From the NCBI GenBank assembly GCA_964642865.1, contig CAZXTA010000001.1, positions 1 through 33,642 of the forward strand: a stretch of 33,642 nucleotides of DNA, read 5' to 3'. This DNA is from an uncultured Methanomassiliicoccus sp. Lineage in GTDB: Archaea; Thermoplasmatota; Thermoplasmata; Methanomassiliicoccales; UBA472. The notes under the pieces were generated by a model. The model had not been told where the DNA came from and ran no database searches. It was given only the letters and a program-made list of their open reading frames with translations. The translations under genes and the position numbers were made by a program. Shown in pieces: positions 1 to 8,957 of this stretch. How positions within the stretch are numbered: position 1 is the first letter of the stretch; the number at the start of each line of letters is the position of its first letter.

Positions 1-2
1 TT

Positions 3-179
3 TTCATGACCAACTTCATCTGCGTCAATCTGGCCGGAGTGGCCGTGTTCGTGGCACAGGGGGTCAAGCCATCACACTGGTGGCATGCGGTCCTGGCCAA
101 GAAGTCGGTCTCATACGCCATGCTGATATGGATGGGCCTGCTCATTGTCATGATCATTTTGTTGCTTTTCTTCTCATGA
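3..179 (+). CDS. C-terminal fragment of an integral membrane protein (5' end lies outside the window)
   Basis: The frame is open from the window edge to TGA at 177-179. The translation FMTNFICVNLAGVAVFVAQGVKPSHWWHAVLAKKSVSYAMLIWMGLLIVMIILLLFFS forms two hydrophobic helices. The family is not securely identifiable; a DUF389-like tail is only a guess. Confidence 0.45.
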   Translation, partial: FMTNFICVNLAGVAVFVAQGVKPSHWWHAVLAKKSVSYAMLIWMGLLIVMIILLLFFS

Positions 180-223
180 TGGTGAATAATTTAATTTAGC
201 TTATCGAGCCATTATGGGCTTGT

Positions 224-607
224 ATGGCCACAAATGAGGAGGATCAGAAAGAAAGGGTGGAGAAGGTGCTGCGGAAGGTGCGGGAGGAATACGGTTTCAT
301 TCCCCTGGTCTCGGAGGTCATGTCCGAAAGGCCGGACATCTATCTGCCCTATTCCGAGATGTCGAGCAGTCTTTTCTTCAAGCCCAAGCACTTAGACAGA
401 TATACCGCCGAACTGGTCGCCATCGCCGCCGGGGCCGCCCTGGGAAGCGAGAACTGTCTGAAGGTGCACATCATGCAGGCCTTGAAACTGGGAGTGAGCG
501 AGGATGCATTACTAGAGGCCATGATGGTCGGCTCCTTCATGAGCATGAATCATAGCAACTCCGTGGCCTTCCGTTGCTTCAAGACGGCCAAGGATGATCA
601 TCCATGA
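224..607 (+). CDS. Carboxymuconolactone decarboxylase (CMD)/AhpD-like family protein
   Basis: 127-aa ORF. It carries a CxxH motif (ENCLKVHI) in a helical context (ELVAIAAGAALGSENCLKVHIMQALKLGVSEDALLEA) typical of the CMD/AhpD-like family. Its stop overlaps the next start (ATGA at 604-607). Confidence 0.8.
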   Translation: MATNEEDQKERVEKVLRKVREEYGFIPLVSEVMSERPDIYLPYSEMSSSLFFKPKHLDRYTAELVAIAAGAALGSENCLKVHIMQALKLGVSEDALLEAMMVGSFMSMNHSNSVAFRCFKTAKDDHP

Positions 608-1047
608 AATGCGCGGAGGGACGCCCGGGCCGGATACTGGTTCTGCGCCTGGAGGACGGGGAGGTCCTGCACGAATGCGTGGAGAGGGTCGCCGCGGAAA
701 GGGGGGTGCACAGGGCGGTGGTGCTGACCGTCGGGGGCGCGGACCGCGGCAGCCGTCTGGTGGTCGGGCCTCAGGACGGAGGTGCGGAACAGATCATACC
801 AGTACTGACCGAGCTGGCCGGGACATCGGAGATCGTCGGCGTCGGTACTCTCTTCCCGGACGAGGAGGGTCGACCCTCCCTGCATATGCACGCCTCATGC
901 GGACGGGGGGAGAAGAGCGTCACCGGATGCGTACGAGCCGGGGTGAGCACCTGGCTCATACAGGAGGTGGTCATCCTGGAGATCGTGGGAACGGATTCCA
1001 AGCGGACCACCGACCCCCGCAGCGGGTTCCAGCTGCTGGAACCCTGA
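604..1047 (+). CDS. PPC (DUF296) domain protein
   Basis: 147-aa ORF. The pattern GRILVLRLEDGEVLHECVERVAAERGVHRAVVLTVGG...LHMHASCG matches the plants-and-prokaryotes-conserved PPC/DUF296 fold. It is translationally coupled to the CMD gene. Confidence 0.7.
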   Translation: MKCAEGRPGRILVLRLEDGEVLHECVERVAAERGVHRAVVLTVGGADRGSRLVVGPQDGGAEQIIPVLTELAGTSEIVGVGTLFPDEEGRPSLHMHASCGRGEKSVTGCVRAGVSTWLIQEVVILEIVGTDSKRTTDPRSGFQLLEP

Positions 1048-1884
1048 TCAGAAGGCGTCCACGCACCGCAATCCCCTTTCCCGGCACCTCTTGCGGATGA
1101 AAGCTTCCAGGCCGGAATAGTCCTTTTTCAGGTGGGCCTTCTCCAAGCGATCGGCGGTCCCTTCCCCTCCAGCACGGGAACGGATGTCCTGGAACATCCC
1201 CGGACGGGGACGGAAGCGGTCCAGCATGATCCACTCGACCCCGGTGCCAACCAGTGCGTCCACCAGTTCCGCGGCCTCGGTCTTATCCAGCACCGGAAGC
1301 AAAGGTCCGACCAAAGCGTAGGCGTTGATCCCCACCTCGGATAGTTGACGTAAAGCATCCAGTCGCCTCCCTGGCAAGGGGGCTCCCGGCTCTAGCTCTC
1401 GGCTAAGGGCGTCGCTCACCGAGGTGACGGTCAGACCGACCTCGCCGCTCAGCTCCAGGTACAGGTCCAGGTCGCGCAGTATCAGGTCCGATTTGGTCAG
1501 GGCACTGACCTTCAAGCGGTGCGGAACGATCTCCATGAGGCAGCGTCTGGTTATCAGTAGATGCCGCTCCGCCTCCTGGTAGGGGTCGGTGACCGTCCCC
1601 AGTCCTATCACCCCCTCCTTTCCTTTCAGTTCCCGGGCGAGCACCATCGGCAGGTCCGTCCGGGCTCGCACCCTGGCCCATTCCGAGCGGGGGCGCTTGG
1701 TGACGTATGGCGCATAACAGTAAAGGCAGTCGTGATGGCAGCCCTCGTACGGATTCAGGGCGTAATCCAACCCGGGCAGGCGGGACCGGGGAAGGGCCAC
1801 CTTGGTGCGTATGTCCTCGATCATGGGCGCCCGGGGCACCGAACGGCCTTCCTCCATGGCCAAAAAAAGGTCCAAATTAGACAT
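1048..1884 (-). CDS. Radical SAM protein, SPL/'DNA repair photolyase' (COG1533-like) type
   Basis: 278-aa ORF. The CxxxCxxC cluster motif sits in LNPYEGCHHDCLYCYAP. The start ATG (1884-1882) lies inside the last codons of the upstream Nre gene, an 8-nt overlap. Confidence 0.8.
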   Translation of the reverse strand: MSNLDLFLAMEEGRSVPRAPMIEDIRTKVALPRSRLPGLDYALNPYEGCHHDCLYCYAPYVTKRPRSEWARVRARTDLPMVLARELKGKEGVIGLGTVTDPYQEAERHLLITRRCLMEIVPHRLKVSALTKSDLILRDLDLYLELSGEVGLTVTSVSDALSRELEPGAPLPGRRLDALRQLSEVGINAYALVGPLLPVLDKTEAAELVDALVGTGVEWIMLDRFRPRPGMFQDIRSRAGGEGTADRLEKAHLKKDYSGLEAFIRKRCRERGLRCVDAF

Positions 1885-3157
1885 AATCGTCCAGCCTCCG
1901 CTGGCGCTTGAGGTCCTGCAGCACCACGCTGTGACAGGTCCAAGTGGGGATGGGGATGTCCATACGGGTCTGCACGTGCCCTAGGGCCTGCTCCAATGTA
2001 TTGAACCTCCGCGGTCTCTGGGTCAATGCCATGCGCACGTTCTCCCGGACGTTCCAAACACCTACCGGCAAGAGATATCCCGGATGAGCCTCGCGAAAGA
2101 TGACCGCCCCGGACTGGCGCCGCTCCCTCTGTAGCAGCTCGTTCACTGCCAGGCGCGCAGCATAATAACATCCTCCGATCTCCGCGTACTCCTTCCTACC
2201 ATCGAAGAACTCGTGGGAGGAGACGATTTCCACCTGCTTGCCCAAGGGATTCCACACCGTATTAGGGTACCAGGCCTCGATCAGCTCGTAGCGCCAGGAG
2301 GTGGGGATAAGCATGACGCTCCAGCGATTGTCCAGCTGGTCCCAGTCATAGACCCGGAACTCATCGATCAGGGGAAAGGTCTTGGTGCTCTTGAGCATGT
2401 CCTTGCCCAGGATGTCGTCCACCGCGGTGATGCTCCAACGAGTGGGCACCAGTCGTCGGTTCTCCTGGACGCCGAACGCTCCCACGCTGAAGGCCTTTTG
2501 GATACGGGAGATGAGCACCTCGTTCTTGTAAAGGTCCTTGACCGCCTCGGACGCCCTCAGGTCCCTGTCGTAATAGGCCTTCTCCACCTTGTGGTCGTAC
2601 TTGGGATTGGTGATGCGCAACTTCTCCAGTTTGGCCGAAGGACCAAAAGGTTGAATGTTATCGTCGAGCATGATGCGCCCCGAGGGTTTCTTGGAGAAGC
2701 TGGCCTCCACTTCCACCGAGTTGACGGACAGGGCCAGCTCGCGGGTGTATTCCACGATGCGCCCGGCGTTCTGGAAGTCCTTCACGTCCACCAGACACTT
2801 GCCTCGCACCAGACGGAAGCGGAAGTCCACGATCTCGTCGATGGACTTACCCATCCACCTCTCAGGGGTGTCCATGACCATGGTGTCCCCCAGGTCCGGA
2901 GGGACCAGCGGTCCGATGTCCACCTTGGGGTAGCCATAGCGCCCCACGAAAACCCCGGGCGGGGTGCTGCCGTGCAGGTCCTGCGTGTCGATCAGCTTCT
3001 TTGTACGGGAGTGTGAATAGAACTTGATCATCAGGGGGCAACGGTCCTTGCCGCAGAGGTTCTTACTTCCCTTGCAGATGTGGCAAGGGCTAGAGCTGGA
3101 GATGCTCACCTCAGGAAAAGGTGCGGTGTCCAACGGCAGCGGCCTGAAGGCCTTCAT
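1877..3157 (-). CDS. nre: Nre-family archaeal DNA repair protein (PCNA-binding type)
   Basis: - An N-terminal Cys cluster (CHICKGSKNLCGKDRCP) is followed by PPGVFVGRYGYPKVDIGP, VPTRWSITAVDD and GGCYYAARLA, as in the Nre_N/Nre_C families.
- The C-terminus QRRLDDYV (1880-1903) fits the PIP-box pattern Qxx[LIM]xx[FY][FYLV].
- I chose Met100 of the listed ORF (426 aa) because Nre proteins normally start just before the Cys cluster.
- The frame stays open upstream to 3454. Confidence 0.7.
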   Translation of the reverse strand: MKAFRPLPLDTAPFPEVSISSSSPCHICKGSKNLCGKDRCPLMIKFYSHSRTKKLIDTQDLHGSTPPGVFVGRYGYPKVDIGPLVPPDLGDTMVMDTPERWMGKSIDEIVDFRFRLVRGKCLVDVKDFQNAGRIVEYTRELALSVNSVEVEASFSKKPSGRIMLDDNIQPFGPSAKLEKLRITNPKYDHKVEKAYYDRDLRASEAVKDLYKNEVLISRIQKAFSVGAFGVQENRRLVPTRWSITAVDDILGKDMLKSTKTFPLIDEFRVYDWDQLDNRWSVMLIPTSWRYELIEAWYPNTVWNPLGKQVEIVSSHEFFDGRKEYAEIGGCYYAARLAVNELLQRERRQSGAVIFREAHPGYLLPVGVWNVRENVRMALTQRPRRFNTLEQALGHVQTRMDIPIPTWTCHSVVLQDLKRQRRLDDYV

Positions 3158-3612
3158 CCCGGTCTGCACTACCGAAGATTGGATATTTGACCATTTTCCA
3201 AGGGCCTTTAAAAGTGGGGACGGTCCTTGACCATCCTCAAGGTCTCCATCGCGCTCTGCCAGTCCCGAAATGATCCATATAGTTATCCCTGGTAGCTCCA
3301 CTGGGTCGAACTCGTCCTCAGGGAATCTAAGGGCTACGATGGTCCAGGAAGGGGCCGCCCCCAGCTTCGGTGAGGAGATGAGGGACGCCCCGCACCCGTT
3401 GGGGAAGCGGCAGGCCCTCTGCTCCCCCCTTGAAGGTCCGAACGGTTCTTGCAATACCCATCATCCACGTGGTATGTGTCCAGGTCCTCTTCCATGAACA
3501 TCACTAAGCAGGGCAGGGAGAAATACGTTGCTAGCTGCGGAGCGGGACTACAGTTTTATATGGCGTAGGCATTCCCGAAGGTGTCAGCATACTGTTTTAG
3601 GAAGCGCTGAAC

Positions 3613-3629
3613 ACGATAATCTTATATAG
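3613..3629 (+). promoter_or_regulatory. Putative archaeal BRE/TATA box of the thermosome gene
   Basis: ACGATAAT-CTTATATAG lies about 35-45 nt upstream of ATG 3664. A Shine-Dalgarno-like AAGGAGG sits at 3651-3657. Confidence 0.4.
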
Positions 3630-3663
3630 AAGCGATAAAATACCGACCGTAAGGAGGCTCATT

Positions 3664-5343
3664 ATGGCTTACGGAATGGGACAAGGTAATCAGCCTATCA
3701 TAGTTCTTCGCGAAGGTACTGATAGATCTAGGAACAAGGAAGCGCAATACAACAACATCGCCGCCGCCCGCGCGGTCGCTGACTCTGTCAGGTCGACCCT
3801 GGGGCCCAAGGGGATGGACAAGATGCTGGTCGACTCCATGGGCGACGTTGTCATAACCAACGACGGCGTCACCATCCTGAAGGAGATCGACGTTCAGCAC
3901 CCGGCGGCCAAGATGGTCGTGGAGATCGCCAAGACCCAGGACACTGAGTGCGGCGACGGCACCACCACCTCGGTCATCGTCGCCGGGGAGCTGCTCAAGA
4001 AGGCCGAGGCCCTGGTGGAGCAGAACATTCACCCGACCATCATCGCCAACGGCTACAAGATGGCCGCTGCCGAGGCCATCAAGATCCTGGACACCATAGC
4101 GGTGCCCATCACCCCCACCGACACCGAGATGCTGAAGAGAGTGGGCATGACCGCCATGACCGGCAAGAGCGTCGGCGGCCAGGGAGAGTTCCTGGCCGAG
4201 GTGGCCGTGAAAGCCATCAATGCCGTTGCTGAGAAGACCAGCGAGGGATACACCGTGGACGTGAACAACATCAAGGTCGAGAAGAGGACCGGCGGTTCAA
4301 TCGCTGAAACTGAGATCATCGAGGGCATCGTGATCGACAAGGAGCGCGTGCACCCTCGCATGGCCCAGCAGGTCAAGAAGGCCAAGATCGCCTTGCTCAG
4401 CGTTCCCATGGAGATCAAGAAGACCGAGGTCGACGCCAAGATCCAGATCCGCGACCCTTCCCAGATGCAGCGCTTCCTGGACGAGGAAGAGGCCGTCCTG
4501 AAGAAGATGGTCGACCAGGTGGCCGCCGTGGGCGCCAACGTTGTCTTCTGTCAGAAGGGCATCGACGACCTGGTACAGCATTACCTGGCCAAGGCCGGCA
4601 TATTCGCCTCTCGCAGGCTGAAGGAATCTGACCTGGAGAAGCTGGCCAAGGCCACCGGGGGGACCATCATCGGCAAGATCGACAACATCACCAAGGACGA
4701 CCTCGGATTGGCCGAGGTTGTGGAGCAGAGGAAGGTCGGCGAGAACGACATGATCTTCATCACCGGTTGCAAGAACCCCAAGGCCATCAGCATTATCGTG
4801 CGCGGTGGTACCGAGCATGTGGTCGACGAGGTGGAGAGGTCCCTGCATGACGCCCTGCGCGTCATCGGTGTCTCCCTAGAGGATGGTAAGATCGTCCCCG
4901 GCGCCGGAGCCCCCGAGGTGGAACTGTCCTTGCGCTTGGCCAACTACGCTTCCACCGTCGGTGGCCGCGAACAGCTGGCCATCGAGGCCTTCGCCTCCGC
5001 CATGGAGATTGTACCATGGGCCCTGGCCGAGAACGCTGGTCTGGATGCCATGGACATGGTCATCCAGCTGAAGTCCGCCCACGAGAAGAAGGGCGCAGCC
5101 TCCAAGAACATGGGCTTGAACCTGGACACCGGGAAGCCTGCGGACATGTTGAAGTCCAACATCATAGAGCCCCTGAGGGTCAAGACCCAGGCCGTGAAAT
5201 CCGCGGCCGAGGTGGCCAACATGATCCTGAGGATCGACGACGTCATCGCCTCAAAGAAGGCCCCGCCGGGACCCCCGGGTGGCATGGAAGGCGGTATGGG
5301 CGGCATGGGTGGAATGGGCGGCATGCCCCCCGGGATGATGTAA
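3664..5343 (+). CDS. ths: Thermosome subunit (group II chaperonin)
   Basis: 559-aa ORF. Hallmark motifs are [25 protein letters not shown] and VPGAGAPE. It ends in a GGM-repeat tail ([21 protein letters not shown]). Confidence 0.97.
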   Translation: MAYGMGQGNQPIIVLREGTDRSRNKEAQYNNIAAARAVADSVRSTLGPKGMDKMLVDSMGDVVITNDGVTILKEIDVQHPAAKMVVEIAKTQDTECGDGTTTSVIVAGELLKKAEALVEQNIHPTIIANGYKMAAAEAIKILDTIAVPITPTDTEMLKRVGMTAMTGKSVGGQGEFLAEVAVKAINAVAEKTSEGYTVDVNNIKVEKRTGGSIAETEIIEGIVIDKERVHPRMAQQVKKAKIALLSVPMEIKKTEVDAKIQIRDPSQMQRFLDEEEAVLKKMVDQVAAVGANVVFCQKGIDDLVQHYLAKAGIFASRRLKESDLEKLAKATGGTIIGKIDNITKDDLGLAEVVEQRKVGENDMIFITGCKNPKAISIIVRGGTEHVVDEVERSLHDALRVIGVSLEDGKIVPGAGAPEVELSLRLANYASTVGGREQLAIEAFASAMEIVPWALAENAGLDAMDMVIQLKSAHEKKGAASKNMGLNLDTGKPADMLKSNIIEPLRVKTQAVKSAAEVANMILRIDDVIASKKAPPGPPGGMEGGMGGMGGMGGMPPGMM

Positions 5344-5392
5344 ACGTCCTTTATGCTCCCGAGCAAACACCTTTTCCTAAATCCCTTCCTCG

Positions 5393-5405
5393 TTTTTTTG
5401 TTTTT
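5393..5405 (+). terminator. Oligo-T archaeal terminator candidate after the thermosome gene
   Basis: TTTTTTTGTTTTT lies 50 nt after the TAA stop. Confidence 0.4.
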
Positions 5406-5480
5406 GATAATAACCAGTGCAATAAATATAATTACTAACCGGTCAATCCGATGTCTAACCCATTCAAGAAGGGATGAACC

Positions 5481-6797
5481 ATGAAAAGGATGCTAAGCAC
5501 CATGATGTGTTCCCTGACCTTCCTGATGTTGATCTGCTCCTTGGCAGTTCCGGCTTTAGTCGCGGTCGTAACGCCTGCAGAGGCACCGGTGTGGGAAGAG
5601 GGGAAGAAGTGGGCCTACGGCTCGGAGTCGGACATGGGAGCTGAGTTCGCGGACCAGCTTAATGACCTCTCTGATACACTGGAAGGCTGGACAGGTGGAA
5701 CTGTGAACGAACTGAGCATGGACGGATCGGTGGGGATGTGGACGCTTTTCGAGGTAACCGAGGCTAACAGCGAAGTCTACGTTGTGAGCATGACCATGGC
5801 CGGCAAGGTATCACTGGAAGCCGCCGTGTCGGTCACCGCGCAGATGGAAAAAGCCGGTACCTACAACTGGACCGACGACATCGAGACCGAAGAGATGGAC
5901 GTCGATGCCGAGGCCAGTGTGGACCTCGCGGTCATAATGGAGGTCGATGTCACCTTTGAACATGACACCATGGCCATCAAGTCGATCGCCATGAACGTGG
6001 AGGTTACAGGTGCTGTGGACTTCACTGCGAACAACATACCCATGAGCGAGGATGACTGGTCCAACTGGACCAAGGATATCTGGTACGAGGACTTTGATGT
6101 CAGCGGCGAGCTGAACTTGAACCTGGCCCTGGACCTGGAGTTCGTGCCTGCGCTCAACATATGGGACTTCCCGCTGGCTGTCGGTGACACCTGGTCGGTC
6201 GATTCCGAGGCAACCCTTAGCGGCAGCCTGAGCGGAATGCTGAACATTGATGGTCTGCCCGAAGACATGATGGAGGAGATGTTCTCCGAGGAGTTCATCG
6301 AGGAGACCGGTTTTACTGACTTCCCCATCATCTTCGAGGAGTTGAACGGCGGGGATGACTTCCCCTTTGATGACGGTGTGATGGAAGAGTCCACAGAAGA
6401 TATCCACATGGACCTTGAATGCATCGATGCCTTCGTCTGGGAGGATGATTACTGGAGTGAGATAACCGTCTATGAGATAGCGGTCGAGGACTCTCCACTG
6501 GTGTTCTACTACTCTCCTGATGTGGGCTTCCTATCCTATTTCTCCATGAACTCCGATGACCTGGGTGACATTGTTGAAATGCCCATATCCTTCGGCCAGG
6601 AGATGAGCATGGACGCCGTCAACCCCGATGTGGCCGAGGAAAAGATCAACGAGATCGCTGAGTTCCAGGGTGGTCTCGGTGGCGATGAGGGCGGGATGAC
6701 CGGGTTCTTCATGGACCCGCCCTATCTCGGACTGATCCTTCTGGGGGCCATCATCGTCGTGGTAGTGGCCGCGGTCATGTTCATGCGCAAGAAGTAG
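5481..6797 (+). CDS. Highly acidic secreted protein with C-terminal TM anchor (hypothetical)
   Basis: 438-aa ORF. It has an N-terminal signal/TM (MMCSLTFLMLICSLAVPALVAVVTPAEA) and a very Asp/Glu/Trp-rich ectodomain. The C-terminal helix plus basic tail is LGLILLGAIIVVVVAAVMFMRKK. I recognise no family. Confidence 0.7.
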   Translation: MKRMLSTMMCSLTFLMLICSLAVPALVAVVTPAEAPVWEEGKKWAYGSESDMGAEFADQLNDLSDTLEGWTGGTVNELSMDGSVGMWTLFEVTEANSEVYVVSMTMAGKVSLEAAVSVTAQMEKAGTYNWTDDIETEEMDVDAEASVDLAVIMEVDVTFEHDTMAIKSIAMNVEVTGAVDFTANNIPMSEDDWSNWTKDIWYEDFDVSGELNLNLALDLEFVPALNIWDFPLAVGDTWSVDSEATLSGSLSGMLNIDGLPEDMMEEMFSEEFIEETGFTDFPIIFEELNGGDDFPFDDGVMEESTEDIHMDLECIDAFVWEDDYWSEITVYEIAVEDSPLVFYYSPDVGFLSYFSMNSDDLGDIVEMPISFGQEMSMDAVNPDVAEEKINEIAEFQGGLGGDEGGMTGFFMDPPYLGLILLGAIIVVVVAAVMFMRKK

Positions 6798-6942
6798 ATG
6801 GGTCCATAAAAACCGTTTCTCAAACCTTTTTTCATTTTATTTTCTACATGGGTCGTTCTAAGAATCATCATTCTTGACCATCGGTAACATTTATACGCGT
6901 GGAACGTCAGGCCGTTCATTAAAAGGACCAAGGTGTGCATGC

Positions 6943-7392
6943 ATGAAAGCTGTAGTGGTTTATGATCCGGTATCAAAGGCCAAGCTGACGGCGAAGGTCG
7001 CAGAGACCATAGCCACTTCTTTGAGAGTAAAGGGGATGGAGGTCACCTCCGCCCCAGTACAGGACGCCAAGCATATCAAAATGGAGGAGTACGATCCCTT
7101 GGTGGTCGGTTCTCCGACCATGGCCTGGCAGCCGACCAAGGGGACCAAGGATTTCCTCGATCCTCTGGCGGGCAAGAACCTAACGGGGAAAAAAGCGGCC
7201 AGCTTCGACACCCAGATCAAGATATTCATCAGCGGCAACGCCAACAAGGCCATGGAAGCGAAGCTGAAGGATTTAGGCTATAACGTCGCCGGTCCCGTGC
7301 TTCAGGCGTACGTAAAAGGCAAGAAGGACGACTACAAGATGGTGGATGGAGAAGTTGAGAAGGCAGGTAAATGGGCGGAATACCTAATATAG
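6943..7392 (+). CDS. Flavodoxin-like fold protein
   Basis: MKAVVVYDP...EYDPLVVGSPTMAWQP...GKKAASFDT is a flavodoxin-like beta-alpha pattern, though the canonical T/SxTGxT loop is absent. I prefer the start at ATG 6943 because of AAGGTG 7 nt upstream and a TATA-like ATTTATAC about 47 nt upstream. The listed ORF extends to 6874. Confidence 0.6.
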   Translation: MKAVVVYDPVSKAKLTAKVAETIATSLRVKGMEVTSAPVQDAKHIKMEEYDPLVVGSPTMAWQPTKGTKDFLDPLAGKNLTGKKAASFDTQIKIFISGNANKAMEAKLKDLGYNVAGPVLQAYVKGKKDDYKMVDGEVEKAGKWAEYLI

Positions 7393-7502
7393 TCCATGTA
7401 GAAAAAACGAGAAGAAATCTTTGGATCGGAACCTGTGGCAATACATGGTATGACGAGTTCCCATTAACAACAATTAACTGCCTCCTCGTTCATGATTTAT
7501 TC

Positions 7503-8885
7503 ATGGTCGTTCGTTCGATGAACCCCCGTACGGGGGCGATCATCAAGGAATTCACTCCCAGTTCTTCAGAGGACGTGCTATCCAGTGTGACCAAGGGTCG
7601 CCAGGCGCAAAAGCTCTGGATGACCGACTGGTCCAAGGAAGAAAGGATCGAGGCGGTGCTGGAGATGCGTTCCGCCATTCAGGCCATGAAGGACGATCTG
7701 ATTGGGACGGAGGTCCTGGAGGGAGGATTCCCGCAGAGGGACGTGATCGGCACCTACAACGGGGTGATCAAGGGTTTTGACCATTACGTCTCCGAGATCC
7801 GTTTAGTGGACGATTACGACTTCCCGCTAGACCCGGATGGCTGGCCGGACACCAAGGCCACCATCAACCTGGTGCCGCACGGGGTCGTGGGGCACATCGG
7901 CATTTGGAACTACCCCTTCTGGCAGACCATGATCACAGTCATCCCGGCGTTGCTGGCCGGCAATGCGGTGGTCTTCAAGCCCTCCGAGCTGACCACCATG
8001 ACCGGCCTGAAGATCAAGGAGGCCTTCGGGCACACCAGCATGCCCGGGGATCTCTTTCAGGTTCTGGTGGGAGGGGCAGAGGTGGGCAAGACCATGGTCA
8101 CCGCCCCCTTCGATGCCCTGGTGTTCACCGGAGGACGTCACACTGGACTTGACATCGTCAGGAATGCCGGGATCAAGCCCTTGGTGCTGGAACTGTCCGG
8201 CAACGACCCAGGTATCGTGTGCGCGGATGCAGACATCAGTACCGTCGCCAGGGGGGTGGCCAGCGGAGCGTTCTCCCATGGCGGGCAGGTGTGCATTCGC
8301 ATCAAAAGGCTCTACGTTGTGAAGAGCGTGGCGAAAAGCTTCATCGATGACCTACTGAAGGTGGTGGCCCGTATCGATACAAAGCAGCAGATCGGTCCGC
8401 TCATAAGGGAGGAGGCCAGGGCCAAAGTGCGTGAGAAGGTGCACCGGGCGGTCAATGCCGGTTGCGAGCTTCTCACAGGCGGGGAGAAAATTCCTGGCCT
8501 CGGTTATTACTTCGAACCGACCATATTGAAGGTGACCGACGATTCGCTGGAGATCATCCGGGAGGAGACATTTGGTCCGGTTCTACCCATACGCGTGGTC
8601 GAGGACGAGAAGGAGGCGATTAAACTGGCAAACGACAGCGATTATGGGCTTGGGGCCACCGTCTGGACCTCCGACCCGGTCAAGGGCGAGAGGATCGCCC
8701 GGTGTCTGGAGGCGGGGAATGTATGGATCAATGATTACGGGCGCACCATCAACTGCGGGGAGCTGTTCCAGGGCTGGAAGTGCTCCGGAATCCCAAGCAC
8801 CAACCGCCGCATCACCCTGTTCATGAAGAAGCGCACCATGGTCAACCATCAGATATGCCAGCCCCGGCCGCACTGGTTCAAGTAG
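7503..8885 (+). CDS. NAD(P)-dependent aldehyde dehydrogenase family protein
   Basis: ALDH motifs are present: FKPSELTT, the ELSGNDP Glu region, the catalytic Cys in GQVCIRIKR, and EETFGPV. The start is ATG 7503 or 7518 (MNPRTGAIIKEF). The listed 7371 start overlaps the flavodoxin gene. Confidence 0.9.
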   Translation: MVVRSMNPRTGAIIKEFTPSSSEDVLSSVTKGRQAQKLWMTDWSKEERIEAVLEMRSAIQAMKDDLIGTEVLEGGFPQRDVIGTYNGVIKGFDHYVSEIRLVDDYDFPLDPDGWPDTKATINLVPHGVVGHIGIWNYPFWQTMITVIPALLAGNAVVFKPSELTTMTGLKIKEAFGHTSMPGDLFQVLVGGAEVGKTMVTAPFDALVFTGGRHTGLDIVRNAGIKPLVLELSGNDPGIVCADADISTVARGVASGAFSHGGQVCIRIKRLYVVKSVAKSFIDDLLKVVARIDTKQQIGPLIREEARAKVREKVHRAVNAGCELLTGGEKIPGLGYYFEPTILKVTDDSLEIIREETFGPVLPIRVVEDEKEAIKLANDSDYGLGATVWTSDPVKGERIARCLEAGNVWINDYGRTINCGELFQGWKCSGIPSTNRRITLFMKKRTMVNHQICQPRPHWFK

Positions 8886-8957
8886 GACCGATCGGACGGA
8901 CCTCGGTCCTGCCCGCCTAGGATAAATCTTTTGAGATATCGCTGCCATGATATTGGC

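Noticed and set aside
594-1100. 168-aa Arg/Gly/Pro-rich ORF overlapping the PPC gene, with several other ORFs on both strands between 598 and 1358
   Set aside because: The composition is low-complexity, typical of off-frame translation of GC-rich coding DNA. The in-frame PPC and radical SAM genes explain the region.
2213-3016. 267-aa ORF antisense to the Nre gene. Similar long antisense or off-frame ORFs occur in the thermosome gene (4297-4848), the acidic protein gene (5811-6407, 5861-6424), the acyl-CoA ligase gene and the oxidoreductase genes (29823-30563, 30348-31154).
   Set aside because: These are shadow ORFs expected in high-GC genes. Their translations are Gly/Arg/His/Pro-rich with no motifs. 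Each overlaps a confidently identified gene.
5266-5340. Short tandem GGCATGGG-type DNA repeats at the thermosome 3' end
   Set aside because: They encode the normal GGM-repeat C-terminal tail of chaperonins and are not an independent repeat element.
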